The notes under the pieces are model-generated. The model made no database searches, had not been told where the DNA came from, and worked only from the letters and a program-made list of their open reading frames with translations. Source: Octopus vulgaris (Eukaryota). Taken from it: a stretch of 64,000 nt of DNA. Made by a program: the position numbers and the translations under genes. This document shows, in pieces, positions 1 through 12,512 of the stretch; the stretch's first letter is position 1; each line of letters starts with the position of its first letter. The stretch is taken from positions 46,376,001 through 46,440,000 of the forward strand of contig OX597828.1 of NCBI GenBank assembly GCA_951406725.2. The letters are read 5' to 3'.

Positions 1-766
1 ACATCCCCATAACTTACAGGCCCGACAAAATAGATCCGATAAAATGAAAAAACCATGCATCAAATATAAGTACCGTATTGATTTCTTTGACTAAAGCCCT
101 ACACTCTCAGAAATTAAACAAATGAAACAAAATAAAATATGAAAGAAAGATATATACCCAAAAACGAACAAGCATATATTTCCAATCAAAGTAGAATGGC
201 ATTTGTCTTTTGTATCAAACATAACACCTGTATGGCTACAATATTAATATTCAATATTACCCTTTACAATAAAATACTGGGCTGGGATGTCATCTCTGGG
301 TTGTCATATTACAAGTAATTTTGAAGTCAGTTGTGCACTTCATGTCAAATCACATCATTTAAGCAAGCATAATCTTCGTCGGGTTTTAGACAATATATTT
401 TCTGTACAGTAAATAATTAAATGGTGCCAGATATACACTCATTAAGCATCAAATCGCCATTGGTGCCTCGAAGACTGAACTGATTATCGCGCGCAATTAT
501 TATTTTAGTTAATTGATCTGATACGTTGTTACTTGTTTAAAGACACCTCCGCCCCAGCGTAATGTCTATCTATGTAGGATTAATTGAACAAACTTGTTTG
601 CACTAATTTTCATGCTGAATAGTTTGTGTCCTTGTCGAACGCAGAGCAATTACGATTAATTTAGAAGACTAATATTATCTTTACAACTGTTTCTTTGACT
701 TTCCATGTTGTATAATTTTCATCACTATGTAATGACCTAAACACACGCACACAATATATATGAGTG

Positions 767-836
<70 letters not shown>

Positions 837-1005
837 ATGTGTGTGTGTGTGTGTTTGTTTGTATGTGTGCATGTATGTATGTATATCTATATATCTATAT
901 TTAGTATGCATGTATGTAAATGTGTATATACATATATATATATATATATGTTTGTGTGTTTGTATGTATGTATATGTATATATCTATATATAGTATGTAT
1001 GTATG

Positions 1006-1048
<43 letters not shown>

Positions 1049-1098
1049 CTGTATATAAAGCATACGTACGTAGATGTATGCATTTATGTGTGTATGTG

Positions 1099-1430
1099 AA
1101 GGCGCGCGGCTTAGTGTTTCGGGCATCGGCTCGTGATCGTTAGGTCGTGAGTTCAATTCCCGGGGACGCATAGTGTCCTTGAGCAAGCCGCTTTATTTCA
1201 CATTATTCCAGTCCATTCAGCTGGCAACAATGAGTAGCACTGTACTTCACAGGGCCAGCCAGCCTTGGCACATTCTGTGTCACACTGAATATCCCTGAGA
1301 ATTACGTTAAGGGTTCACGTGTCTGTGGAGTGCTCAGCCACTTGCACGTTAATTTCACGACCAAGCTGTTCCGTTGATCGCATCAGTTGGAACTCTTGTC
1401 GTCGTTGTCGTCGCAACCGACGGAGTGCTC
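1099..1430 (+). mobile_element. tRNA-derived SINE, head B with tail type 1
   Basis: A-box-like GGCTTAGTG and B-box GAGTTCAATTCC, then core GTGTCCTTGAGCAAG...CCAGTCCATTCAGCTG shared with copies at 1709, 2418 and 59991; flanked by TA/TG microsatellites. Confidence 0.8.
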
Positions 1431-1541
1431 CTATGTGTGTATATGAGTATACAGATGTACATTTATATGTACGCGCTTACATATGTGTATGAATTTTAAT
1501 ACATGTTTATGTACATATATGCATGCATACAATATAATACT

Positions 1542-1687
<146 letters not shown>

Positions 1688-1708
1688 CATACATATGTGT
1701 GTGTGTGT

Positions 1709-1966
1709 GGAAGCGCGTGGCTTAGTGCATAGGGTATCAACATCATGATCGTAAGATTGTAGTTTCGATTCATGTACCGGGCGACGCGTTGTGTTCTTGA
1801 GCAAAACACTTCATTTCACGTTGCTCCAGTCCACTCAGCTGGCAAATATGAGTAACGCTGCGATGGACTGGCGTCCCGTTCAGCTGGGGAACACATACGC
1901 CATTGAAACCGGGAAACCGATCCCATGAGCCTGGCTAGGCTTTAAAAGGTCGCATAATAATAATAA
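1709..1966 (+). mobile_element. tRNA-derived SINE, head B with tail type 2
   Basis: Same head and core as the 1099 copy, then a different tail GCGATGGACTGGCGTCCCG...GAAACCGGGAAACC ending in (TAA)n. Confidence 0.8.
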
Positions 1967-2169
1967 TGTGTATGTGTGTGTGTGCGTTTGTATGTGTGTG
2001 TATTTATTTATAGCGTGTGTGGTGGGAATAGTGACTATACGATATGCAAGCAATGAACAACTACTACATTAAACATATAATGTATTGCTTTTCTTTAGAT
2101 TAAATTCATATGTTTGGAAGAATAGGAAATCTAATTGTTTTAGCAGTACCTTCATATAATTATCTGCTA

Positions 2170-2404
2170 GTGTGTGTGTGTGTGTCTGTGTCTGTGTGTG
2201 TGTGTTTGTTTGTCTGTGTTTGTCCCCAACCAACACTTGACAACCGATGTAGGTGTGTTTGCGTCCCCGTAACTTAGCGCTTCGGAAAAAATAGCCGAGA
2301 AAATGAGTACTAAGCTTAGAAAGAATACGTCCTGGAATCGATTTGTTCGTCCAAAGACGATACTCCAGCATAACCACAGTTAAATGGCTCAAACAAATAA
2401 AAGA
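2170..2404 (+). mobile_element. SINE A, 3' half
   Basis: CTTGACAACCGATG...CCCCGTAACTTAGCG...CTCCAGCAT matches the 3' half of the full copies at 9705 and 41772. Confidence 0.7.
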
Positions 2405-2417
2405 ATATATATGGTGA

Positions 2418-2733
2418 TGGTGACCTCCTTCGGTCAGACACTGACCATGGGTTTGCACCTAGAGAGTTACCCTCTGAGGCACAAGTCTGGGCAAGGTTGT
2501 TTTTTATGGAAGTCGCCCATGCATACCGGCCTCCCCTCTCCACGTCACCGATATTGTCCAAGGGAAAGGCAAAGGCCGATACAGCTTGGCACCTGTGACG
2601 TCGCAACTCATTTCTACAGCTGAGTGAACTGGAGCAACGTGAAATAAAGTGTCTTGCTCAAGAACACAACATGCAGCCCGGGCCGGGATTCGAGCTCACA
2701 ACCTCACGCTCTAACCACTGAGCCACACGCCTT
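2418..2733 (-). mobile_element. tRNA-derived SINE, head B with tail type 3
   Basis: Reverse complement matches 59991-60318 (GTTCTTGAGCAAGACACTTTATTTCA...GCGACGTCAC...GTATGCATGGGCGAC). Confidence 0.8.
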
Positions 2734-2773
2734 CTACAAGAATATATATATATAAAATATATATTTGTGTATG

Positions 2774-2812
<39 letters not shown>

Positions 2813-2829
2813 GTATGTATGTATATGTA

Positions 2830-2862
<33 letters not shown>

Positions 2863-3149
2863 ATGTATATATATTTATTTACAAAGGTTCGTTTTTATGT
2901 TGCATTGTAATGCTTTCCACAATCGGCAGAAGGAATAAAAATTCGGTGTCGGAGTATTAGTCGAATAGATGTACCACAGCACTTGACTTGCAGTAATTTC
3001 ATCAACTTCCAAAGCATGAAAACAAAGCCGATTTCGATGAAATTTGAAGTAAGAACGTAAAAATGGAAGTTACATTGCTTGGAAATTTCTATCTGGCGTG
3101 TTAAGAGTTATGCCAGGTTGCTGATTTATGTCGAGCTATTAACAAAATA

Positions 3150-3340
3150 TACGAGGGTTGTTCAATAAGTAATGCCTCTGACCCACTTGCAGTTGTTTGA
3201 TCTAGCTGAAATTTTGCATGTGCACTTATTTATATCTCTATAGATTAAGTGGCGAATTACAGCTCTGAACGAATTGTGGTTTTTGATTTACAGGAGTTTG
3301 AACTGAGTCAAGTGTGAAATGGAGCCTGTTGAGTGTCCGC
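3150..3340 (+). mobile_element. mariner-like element, 5' end fragment
   Basis: Begins TA-CGAGGGTTGTTCAATAAGT, resembling a mariner TIR start; no partner TIR seen. Confidence 0.4.
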
Positions 3341-3624
3341 CCAGTTTGCGTCTACCAAATGCTCTTAATTCGGCCAGTGCTAAACTATGGCAATAAAACT
3401 ACCTTAGGAGCAGTGATATGGACTGTACCAGGAACACTAGCCTAATAATTAAAATGATAAACCACTACGATGCATCACCCTCTCTACGGTTCATATATGT
3501 ACAGAGAAAGAAATACATGCACACACATATACACATAAATATGAGTGTTATGCGCATCCACACACTTTCACACACACATATACATATACATACACCGACA
3601 CACACATATACATATATACATACA

Positions 3625-3795
3625 GGCGTAGGAGTGGCTGCGTGGTAAGTAGCTTGCTTACTAACTACATAGTTCCGGGTTCAGTCCCACTGTGTGGCAC
3701 CTTGGGCAAGTGACGTTTACTATAGCCTCGGGCCGACCAAAGCATAATGAGTGGATTTGGTAGACAGAAGCTGAAAGAAGCCCGTCGTGTATAAG

Positions 3796-3828
<33 letters not shown>

Positions 3829-4042
3829 GTATGTGTATGTTTGTGTGTCTGTGTTTGCCCCCCCAACATCGCTTGACAACCGTTGCTGGTGTGTTTACGT
3901 CACCGTTCGGCAAAAGAGACCGATAGAATAAGTACTAGGCTTACAAAGAATAAGTCCTGGGATCAATTTGCTCGACTCAAGAGCGGTGCTCCCTAATGGC
4001 CACAGTCAAATGACTGAAACAAATAAAAGAGTAAAAGAGAGA
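3625..4042 (+). mobile_element. SINE A, full length
   Basis: Head GGCGTAGGAGTGGCTGCGTGGTAAG, B-box GGTTCAGTCCC, internal TA/TG microsatellite, tail GTCAAATGACTGAAACA plus (TAAAAGAG)n. Confidence 0.88.
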
Positions 4043-4221
4043 GTTTGCATACATACATACATACATACATACACGTACATAGATATGTACACGTACGCAT
4101 ATATTTAAATGAATTTATACACTACACAGATACACACACTCAGAATACTATCTATCAATCTATCGACCTAACTCTCTCTCTCTTTATCTCCCTCTCTCTC
4201 TCTCTCTCTCTCTCTTTATCT

Positions 4222-4291
<70 letters not shown>

Positions 4292-4554
4292 CATATATAT
4301 CAATGTATCTATCGACCTATCTATATATCTATAGATATATACATATGTGTGGTGCATGTGTGCTGTTTGCACACACACACACACGCATACACATATATGC
4401 ACTGTATCTGTATATCCACATGCATGTACCTCATATACGATTACACATATATTTCTACCCTACCTTTATGGGTGTGAACACCATTACAATTTCCCATGGT
4501 TCTAAACCTGGCAGTTGTCCCCTTGTGTATAGCACCCTACCAACCGTATCTAAC

Positions 4555-4617
<63 letters not shown>

Positions 4618-4654
4618 CGTATAAATATATAAATATATATGTATATATGTATGA

Positions 4655-4712
<58 letters not shown>

Positions 4713-4719
4713 ATGTATG

Positions 4720-4775
<56 letters not shown>

Positions 4776-4962
4776 ATACACACACAAAAAAAATACATAT
4801 GAAATGCCACAATGACGTATGGTACTCCTTTAGCGATTTGGGTTTAATAATGGAACATTTTAGCGCAGAATCAGAAAAAGGGCAAAAGAGAAACGCTCAA
4901 ATGTGGATGATGTCTTTTGCTAGTGTCAGTTAATTAGGTCAACGTTTTTATTTATTTATATA

Positions 4963-5357
4963 CTAGCAGTATCGCCCGGCGTTGCTCGGGTTTGTAAGGG
5001 AAATAGCTATATAAGCATTTTTAGAGATGTAAAGTATAATAGCCATTTCAAAAGGGCTAACCACAAAGGGGGGGATGTTACAGTAGCTTTTTACGTTCTG
5101 AGATTTAATAATAAATTTTTAGAGAGTTACTTCCCTTATATATGCCAAAAATGCATTAAAAATGGGAAAAATTGATGGTGAATTCTTTTTTAAATCGTAG
5201 ACTCATCGTAGACGCGCGCTAATACCCAGAAGGGCTCGATATGAATCACGACTATAAGATACCCGGTTTTGGTTAAACTGCACCGCAAAATGTGGGAGTA
5301 GTTAGGAATCTAAATCGTAGGAGACAGACAGCACACAACCTCACTTTTATATAAAGA
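4963..5357 (-). mobile_element. non-autonomous Helitron
   Basis: Minus strand starts A|TC and ends CCCGAGCAACGCCGGG hairpin + CTAG|T with no TSD; second copy at 63239-63632. Confidence 0.85.
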
Positions 5358-5489
5358 TTTTATTTGTTTATTTTTGCTTATATAATCGATGTCTACTGGA
5401 ATAATAATAATTATTATGGAGGGCGGATTTCTATTTTTGTAATGTTACATTTTCTTATTCCGTGAATGAGCTCCTGAAATATAAGCACC

Positions 5490-5990
5490 TCCTTCTTGTT
5501 CTTCATCGTCGTCGTCGTCATCGTGTTCTTCTTCTTCTTCTTCTTCTTCTTCTTCTTCTTCTTCTTCTTCTTCCCCTTCTTCTTCTCCTCCTCCTCCCTC
5601 TTCTTCTTCTTCTTATTCTTTTTCTTCTCCTCCTTCTCATCCCTCTTCTTCTTCTTCTTCTTCTTCTTCTTCCCCTTCCCTTCCCCACCTCATTCGCTTT
5701 TCTCTTCTTCTCCACACCCATCCTCATTCTTCTTCTGCTCTACTTCCTCCTGTATCTCCTCCTCCTCCTCCTACTACTACTACTCGCTTCTTCCTCTCAT
5801 CCTCCTACTTTACTTCGTCTTTTCCTCCTCCTACTACTACTACCACTACTAATCTTCCCTCTACTTCTCTCTTCCTCTTGCTCTGTTTCCTCCTCTTTTT
5901 CCACCTTCTCCTCCTCCTACTACTACTACTGTCACCACTACGGCTCTTCTTCTTTTTCTTTTTCTTCTCTTCTTCCTGTTTTATTTCCTT
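5490..5990. repeat. pyrimidine-rich (CTT/CCT/CTA)n low-complexity tract
   Basis: Direct reading; source of the poly-L/F/R ORFs. Confidence 0.9.
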
Positions 5991-6668
5991 CTGTCCTCCT
6001 CATCCGCCCTCTTTTTCTTGTCCTTTATCTTCTACTTACATTGCATAATTCAGATAATAGCGAAACTGAAACGCTTCTCGATTGGCCCTCATCAAATATG
6101 CTAATTTATTGATATTAACTTACATTGTCCACCATATCTTCAATTCCGTGTAATAAACATACTCTTCCCCCACCTTTTCTTCTGTTTTTTTTTTTGTAAT
6201 TTTGTCGTGTGAATGCTGAACTTTGCAGGTCTGAGACTCTGGATTTACTAACGGAAGGTCGACCCCCCCCCCCGATTTAAGCATAATGGCTGTGTGCATT
6301 TGGAAGCATGTCAGCTACCTTAGATGCTGCTGAAATGACCAGAAATCCCTCTGAGACCAGCCAAGGACATGCAAATTAAATGAGGGATAAAATCTCTCAT
6401 CTAATTAAACAGTATATGATGAGCTTACTTTCAAAACTAGATATAGGCATCGGAATAACTTTTGAGTAATTATGGAAATTCAGTATCTAAATATATCTTA
6501 TTTTGATTGCAAAGACTAAGATTCGTCTACTGTCTATATGGCATGTATCCCAGTTTGACCAAAAAAAGTTTCACGTGCGTGAAGCAAGCAGCATGCAGAT
6601 TGTGTTTTAACAGTCATCCTGAAATCGACCAAATATTCATTTATACCGATTGTAAAAGTAAGCTAGCT

Positions 6669-6725
<57 letters not shown>

Positions 6726-6955
6726 TAGCGAGAAGTTGAGGTTATAAGAGATAATGGTGTCATTGAGACCCAAAGGTGTTAGGTAATGCTGAATAAGTGC
6801 TATAGACAGACCATAGTTAAGTTCCAGATTCTGTCATATTGCGAATAAAGGGTTCAACGTTGGTTATATGTCGACGTGTGTATATATGAATTTTTTGTAT
6901 AATGAGATGAAAAAAGGCAAGGCTGTATACATATTAGAGCATTTATAGATAGAAG

Positions 6956-7010
6956 GTCTTACAGCTGTTTCTAGAATATTAATTAACAATAATATCCCAT
7001 CAGCGGAGAC
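6956..7010 (-). ncRNA. variant hammerhead ribozyme motif (CAGCTG stem-III family)
   Basis: Minus: GTCT-CCGCTGA-TGGGATATT..AATATTCTA-GAAA-CAGCTG-TA-AGAC; core deviates from CUGANGA; homologous to 59143-59190. Confidence 0.5.
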
Positions 7011-7050
7011 GGTGTGACTTTTGGAACATCCTGTATATATATGTTGACAT

Positions 7051-7155
7051 AAGTTCCTTGCTTTTCCTGATGAGAAAGCGGCATAATGTACTCCTTATTA
7101 CTTTGCAATTAGGAATATGCAGCCTTCGAAACATATGTCGAAAATAAAGGAATTT
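7051..7155 (+). ncRNA. minimal type-I hammerhead ribozyme
   Basis: Stem I AAGTTCCTTGCTTTTC/GAAAATAAAGGAATTT; CTGATGA at 7067-7073; stem II GAAAGCGGCATA/TATGCAGCCTTC; GAAA at 7128-7131; palindromic stem III ACATATGT; GUC site with predicted cleavage after 7139. Confidence 0.8.
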
Positions 7156-7379
7156 TGTTAATTCGTCGTTCAGCTCCATTCTTTCATATATTTATATTTT
7201 TAAAATAAACATACAAATTTCCACACGAAAGCACGTAATCCATGCCCTAGGCACGTAACTTCAACCGTGTTTTTTCTGATGTGAATTTGCTACCCAGGTA
7301 TCGGTTAATTCGAATTATCCATAATAAGATAATTCATTCAACTACTCAAAAATATATATATATATATATATATATATTA

Positions 7380-8183
7380 CAGGATGTTCCAAAAGTCACT
7401 GATTTGTTTCAATTTTTAATAACTTCCTTAACTTTACAAATAAATGCATGAAATTTTGATACAATATATAAGATATAAAGGAAATTAATATGCAAAAGTC
7501 ACAAATTTTGCAACATCACTACGTCACGTGAAAAATGGCATCGCTTAAATGGCAACTATTTTCGGTTTCGCACGCCCGTGCTCTTTCCAAAACTTATACC
7601 ATAACGCTCTCAAATGTTTCAGACCCCACTTCTCCGATTTCTCTATTGATGTGCTCCTTTAGTTCCACCAGGGTCTCCGGTTTCTTGACGCAAACCCTCT
7701 CTTTCAGGTATCTCCACAAGGAAAAATCAGGGCTAGTCAAGTCTGGGGAACGTGAAGACCAGTTAACATTGCCGTAGCAGGAGATTATTCCTGTCTCCAA
7801 AGCATTACCGTAGCAACTGCATTGTTTCTCCTGCGGTGTGAGCATTTGCCCCATCTTGCTGGAATCATGAGTGAGGTTTACTTTGAATTGCCTTCACGTT
7901 ACCCAGACTTGACTAGCTCTGATTTTTACTTGTGGAGATACCTGAAAGAGAGGGTGTTATGGTGCAAGTTTTGAGTAAGAGTACGGGATTGCAAAGCCGA
8001 AAATGGCTGCCATTTCAGCGATGCCCTTTTGCAAATGTGATGTAGAGGTATGGCAAAATATGACTTGTGTATATTAATTTCCTTTATATCCCATATATTG
8101 TATCAATATTTCATGCATTTACTTGTAAAAGTAAGGAAGCTATTAAAATTAAAACACATCAGTGAGTTTTGGGACACGTTGTG
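7380..8183. mobile_element. fold-back Tc1/mariner-superfamily relic made of two 3' ends
   Basis: Minus ORF 7594-7854 WSSRSPDLTSPDFSLWRYLKERV resembles the transposase C-terminal WP-RSPDL-P-DF-LWG-LK motif; the same segment recurs on plus from about 7895; long diverged inverted arms flanked by TA. Confidence 0.75.
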
Positions 8184-8422
8184 TAAGCATACATTTTATT
8201 CCATTTTTTACCCATTATTTTGCTCAATATTTTATGATTTACCCCTAATACTCGTTAAGGTCTCACTTATTATTTACCTATGCTAACAGTATTTTCTTGG
8301 CTCATTCTCTTAGTTCTATTCTCCCTGTCTGAACTTACCTTCCTCCGCCGCTTCTCCCCCTCACTTCCTTTCATTCATTGCTTATCTCTTCTACTATCTC
8401 TGTATGGTTAACTGTCATCCCT

Positions 8423-8645
8423 GAGCTGGCAGAAACGTTAGCGCGCCGGGCGAAATGCTTAGCGATATTTCGTCTATCGCTACGTTCTGAGTTCAAATCC
8501 GCCGAGGTCGACTTTGCCTTTCATCCTATCGGGGTCGATAAATAAAGTACCAGTTTCGCACTGGGTCGATGTAATCGACTTAATCCCTTTGTCTGTACCT
8601 GTTTGTCCCCTCTATGTTTAGCCCCTTGTGGGTAGTAAAGAAATA
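8423..8645 (+). mobile_element. SINE D with LINE-like AATAAA-type tail
   Basis: GAGCTGGCAGAAACGTTAGC...GAGTTCAAATCC...GTCGACTTTGCCTTTCATCC...GCCCCTTGTGGGTAGTAAAGAAATA; many copies in the window. Confidence 0.85.
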
Positions 8646-9194
8646 TATTGTCTGATTAATGAGATTCATTTAACCATCAGTGTAGCTCCTTTTCATCACA
8701 CTAACCTTAAATTTACCTTCTCCCTTACTCTATCTTTTTCATTTGTCTTACCCATGTTTATTCCCCTATGTCATTGAAATTCTCTTTCCTCTCTCTCTGC
8801 ATTTCATTTCTTCTTTCTACCTCAGTTCCTCCTTCCTCTGCTACATATATTATCCCCCCCCACCCTCTCTTCATCTTTTCTCTTATTCTTTCTGCACGCT
8901 CCCTTCAGCCTTTTAAATTTCTGGTACCACTGCTATTGCCAACTCTCTCTTGATGAGGGGAGCAGGTCTTATAAGAGTATTATGATTTTTTTACGTAACT
9001 ACGAGCTTCCTGAAACGGCTATCGTGTTAAGAACTCTAGTATTAGTTTTGTTATGCTTTATGTAACAATATTTATATACGCACGGACACACACGCACACA
9101 CACACACACACACAAATGCACATACACGTGCGAGTCCATTCACACACACACATATATATATATATAAATCTGCTTCTCTTTCTGAATATATACA

Positions 9195-9607
9195 GGTTCA
9201 GACGTGGCTGTAAGGTAAGAAACTTACTTCCCGACCATATGGTTCCGGGTTCAGTCCGACTGCGTTGCAACTTGACCAAGTGTTTTCTACTCGAGCCAAG
9301 GACCGATCAAAGCCCTATAAGTCGGTTTGATAGATGGAAACTGAAAGAAGCTCGTTGTATAGCTATATGTATGCATATCTATGCGTGTGTATCTTTCTGT
9401 CTGTCTTTATCCTCTCTCCCACCGCTTGACAACCACTGTTGGTCTGTTTGCATCCCAGTAACTTAGCGGTTCGGCTTAAGATACAAATAGAATAAGTATC
9501 AGGCTTATAAAATAAAACCTGTGGGGAGGGGCAATTCATTCGACTAAAAATTCAAGCAGTGCCCTGCCCCAGTATGGCCACAGTCTGATTACTAAAACAA
9601 GTAAAAC
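9195..9607 (+). mobile_element. SINE A, diverged copy
   Basis: Colinear with the 9705 copy but with many substitutions. Confidence 0.75.
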
Positions 9608-9704
9608 TTTAAAAATATCTGCGTGTGTATATATATATGTGTGTGTATGAAGCTTAAATGCGTTTATCTGCATTACTACATCGATGTATGCATATACATA
9701 AATA

Positions 9705-10106
9705 GGCGCAGGAGTGGCTGTGTGGTAAGTAGCTTGCTTACCAGCCACATGGTTCTAGGTTCAGTCCCACTGCGTGGCATCTTGGGCAAGTGTCTTCTGC
9801 TATAGCCTCGGGCCGACCAATGCCTTGTGAGTGGATTTGGTAGACGGAAACTGAAAGAAGCCTGTCGTATGTATATATATATATGTATGTGTGTGTATAT
9901 TTGTGTATCTGTGTTTGTCCCCCTAGCATTGCTTGACAACCGATGCTGGTGTGTTTATGTCCCCGTCACTTAGCGGTTCGGCAAAAGAGACCGATAGAAT
10001 AAGTACTGGGCTTACAAAGAATAAGTCCCGGGGTCGATTTGCTCGACTAAAGGTGGTGCTCCAGCATGGCCGCAGTCAAATGACTGAAACAAGTAAAAGA
10101 GTAAAA
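9705..10106 (+). mobile_element. SINE A, full length and young
   Basis: Near-identical by eye to copies at 41772 and 42824. Confidence 0.9.
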
Positions 10107-10324
10107 CAGAGAGTATGTGTGTGAGTGTATATGTAAATAAAAGTATGTTGACTGTGAACATTCATTGTATTTAAGCAATATAGCGCTCGTATTTGAAATC
10201 CAAAGTAACCTTCAATATGAAGGTTTATAAGAAAGCAGACTGTGCTATTTGAAATATCTTACATATTACAGAAATTCGATGAATTGCTTCTCTCATATCA
10301 TATCGGTTAGTCTATAAATGCCTT

Positions 10325-10337
10325 CATATACATATAC

Positions 10338-10436
<99 letters not shown>

Positions 10437-10677
10437 TGTATATATACATGTATGTATATATGTACATGTTTATATCTATCTATATATGTGTGTACATATA
10501 TATGTATGTCTATATGTATATGTATATATATATATATATACATCCATATATATGTTTGTTTATATATATGTATATGTATATATGTTTATATATATGTATA
10601 TATATATATATATATATATACATATATAAATACATATAAATGTATATATACATATATATATGTATATATATGCATAT

Positions 10678-10708
<31 letters not shown>

Positions 10709-10746
10709 TGCACACACGTATATATGAATGTATATGTAAATGCGTA

Positions 10747-10791
<45 letters not shown>

Positions 10792-10855
10792 TTATAAATA
10801 TATATATATGTATACACGTTCACACACGCGCATATGTTTGTGTGTGTGTGTTTGT
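10325..10855. repeat. compound (TA)n/(TATG)n microsatellite
   Basis: Direct reading. Confidence 0.95.
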
Positions 10856-12285
10856 AAAGTAGTGTTGTAGGGTAGCAGTGTTAGTGGTATGTGTGTGTGT
10901 GTGAAGGCTGTCAACCATGAAAAAGGCTTGTGTATGCAGTAAATATTTGGGCTAATGCGCCCCAATTTATGTAATTGTATCAGTTATTTGATTTGAAATG
11001 GCGTGGTTGAGTGAAAGTGTTATATCTTTTTTCTTTTCTTTTCTTTTCTTTTCTTTTCTTCAGAGTGTCACTCCTTGTCTCTTCTGTATGTACAAAAACA
11101 AAACGTGACAATAGAATCGAAAAGAAAAAAAAAAAAACAGAAAGACGTATAAGACAGGAAAAACACAAATACAAGAAAATGAAATACGAAATATCAAAAC
11201 AACGAAACAAATTACAAGTGTATATAATTCCGATTTTTTAAACATCTAAGTGGTTTTGTCCTCTCACGGTATTTACTGTTTTATACCTCATTAATTTCTC
11301 GCATTAATTAGCAAATACTTTAATGAATGAGGCCGTGATTTTAATAAATAGATCGATAAAAAGGATAAATGAAAAGGAGACAAGAAAATGAATGGAATGG
11401 CGGCGCACTTGTAGGCAAACTAATGTATTTATGTGTTTTTGTTCTTTTTTTGTCTTTTAATGTTTATGGATTCGGCTATCGGAAACTTAAAGTGACCAAT
11501 GGGATCCGAGTTTTTATGGGATCGCTTTGGGTGCTAGAAATGGCAGTGTAAGCTCTTGCAACCGCCACATCAGTGTATTAGTAAATGAACAGTATATTTC
11601 GTAGTGTATATTCCTAGTTAAAATATATATGAGAAAAAAATATATAGAAAATGCATGGAAAATATCTCTGATGAATTCACGGGTCCAATATAAATAGGAG
11701 GTTGGATATGACCACAACAAACTACTTTTGCGGTTTCGTATACGATGAAGGGTAGGAAAAGTTGTACATTTACATATGTTTACATTGAAGAATATTAAGG
11801 AATTATTACCTATGAAACGGTCTAGTAACTTTTTATGCGAAATATATATACATACACCACCTCCCGCATGCATGCATACATACATAACTGTATGTATGTA
11901 TGTATGTATGTATGTATGTATGTATGTATGTATGTATGTATGTATGTATGAATGAATTTCTTTAAGTTTTACTTAAGTTCTTAAAAGACCTCAAGCCGGT
12001 CGCTAACAAACCGAGAAAGGATTTTTGAGTTAAGAAAGTTCCCGGTGTTTGTAAATATATGGTTGAGCTGGTGTGTTGGTTGAACTTTCGATGCATATAT
12101 AATATAACGAATTGTGTGCATGTATTTTGTTCTTGTTCCGACATACCTTTAATTTATATACGTCAGGGCAGTCCTTCTTGTGGACAATATTGAAGATAGT
12201 CTTTGCAATTATATCATACCTCAGAGACAGGCAGTATCTTGTTGACATTCTGGAATAGTTGCTGATGATGTGGGTCATACCTTCT

Positions 12286-12512
12286 GCAGCTAGCAGAAAC
12301 GTTAGCACGCCGGAGGAAATGCTTCGTGGTATTTCGTCTGCCTCTACGTTCTGAGTTCAAATTCCGTCTAGGTCCACTTTGCATTTCATCCTTTCGGGGT
12401 CGATGAATTAAGTACTAGTTACGCACTGGGGTCGATATAATCGACTTAATCCGTTTATCTGTCCTTGTTCGTCCCCTCTGTGTTTAGCCACTTGTGGGTT
12501 GTAAAGAAATAG
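12286..12512 (+). mobile_element. SINE D
   Basis: Colinear with the 8423 copy, including tail TTGTGGGTTGTAAAGAAATAG. Confidence 0.85.

Noticed and set aside
9676-10124. Recurrent peptides such as FRLPNPLTR..SARGYSRRHLPK..GTEPGTMWL
   Set aside because: Translations of non-coding SINE A copies; recurrence reflects the repeat, not a gene family
11660-11830. CTGATGA at about 11670 and ACGATGA..GAAACGGTC further on
   Set aside because: The first lacks a correctly placed GAAA; the second has a mutated core and no convincing stem I
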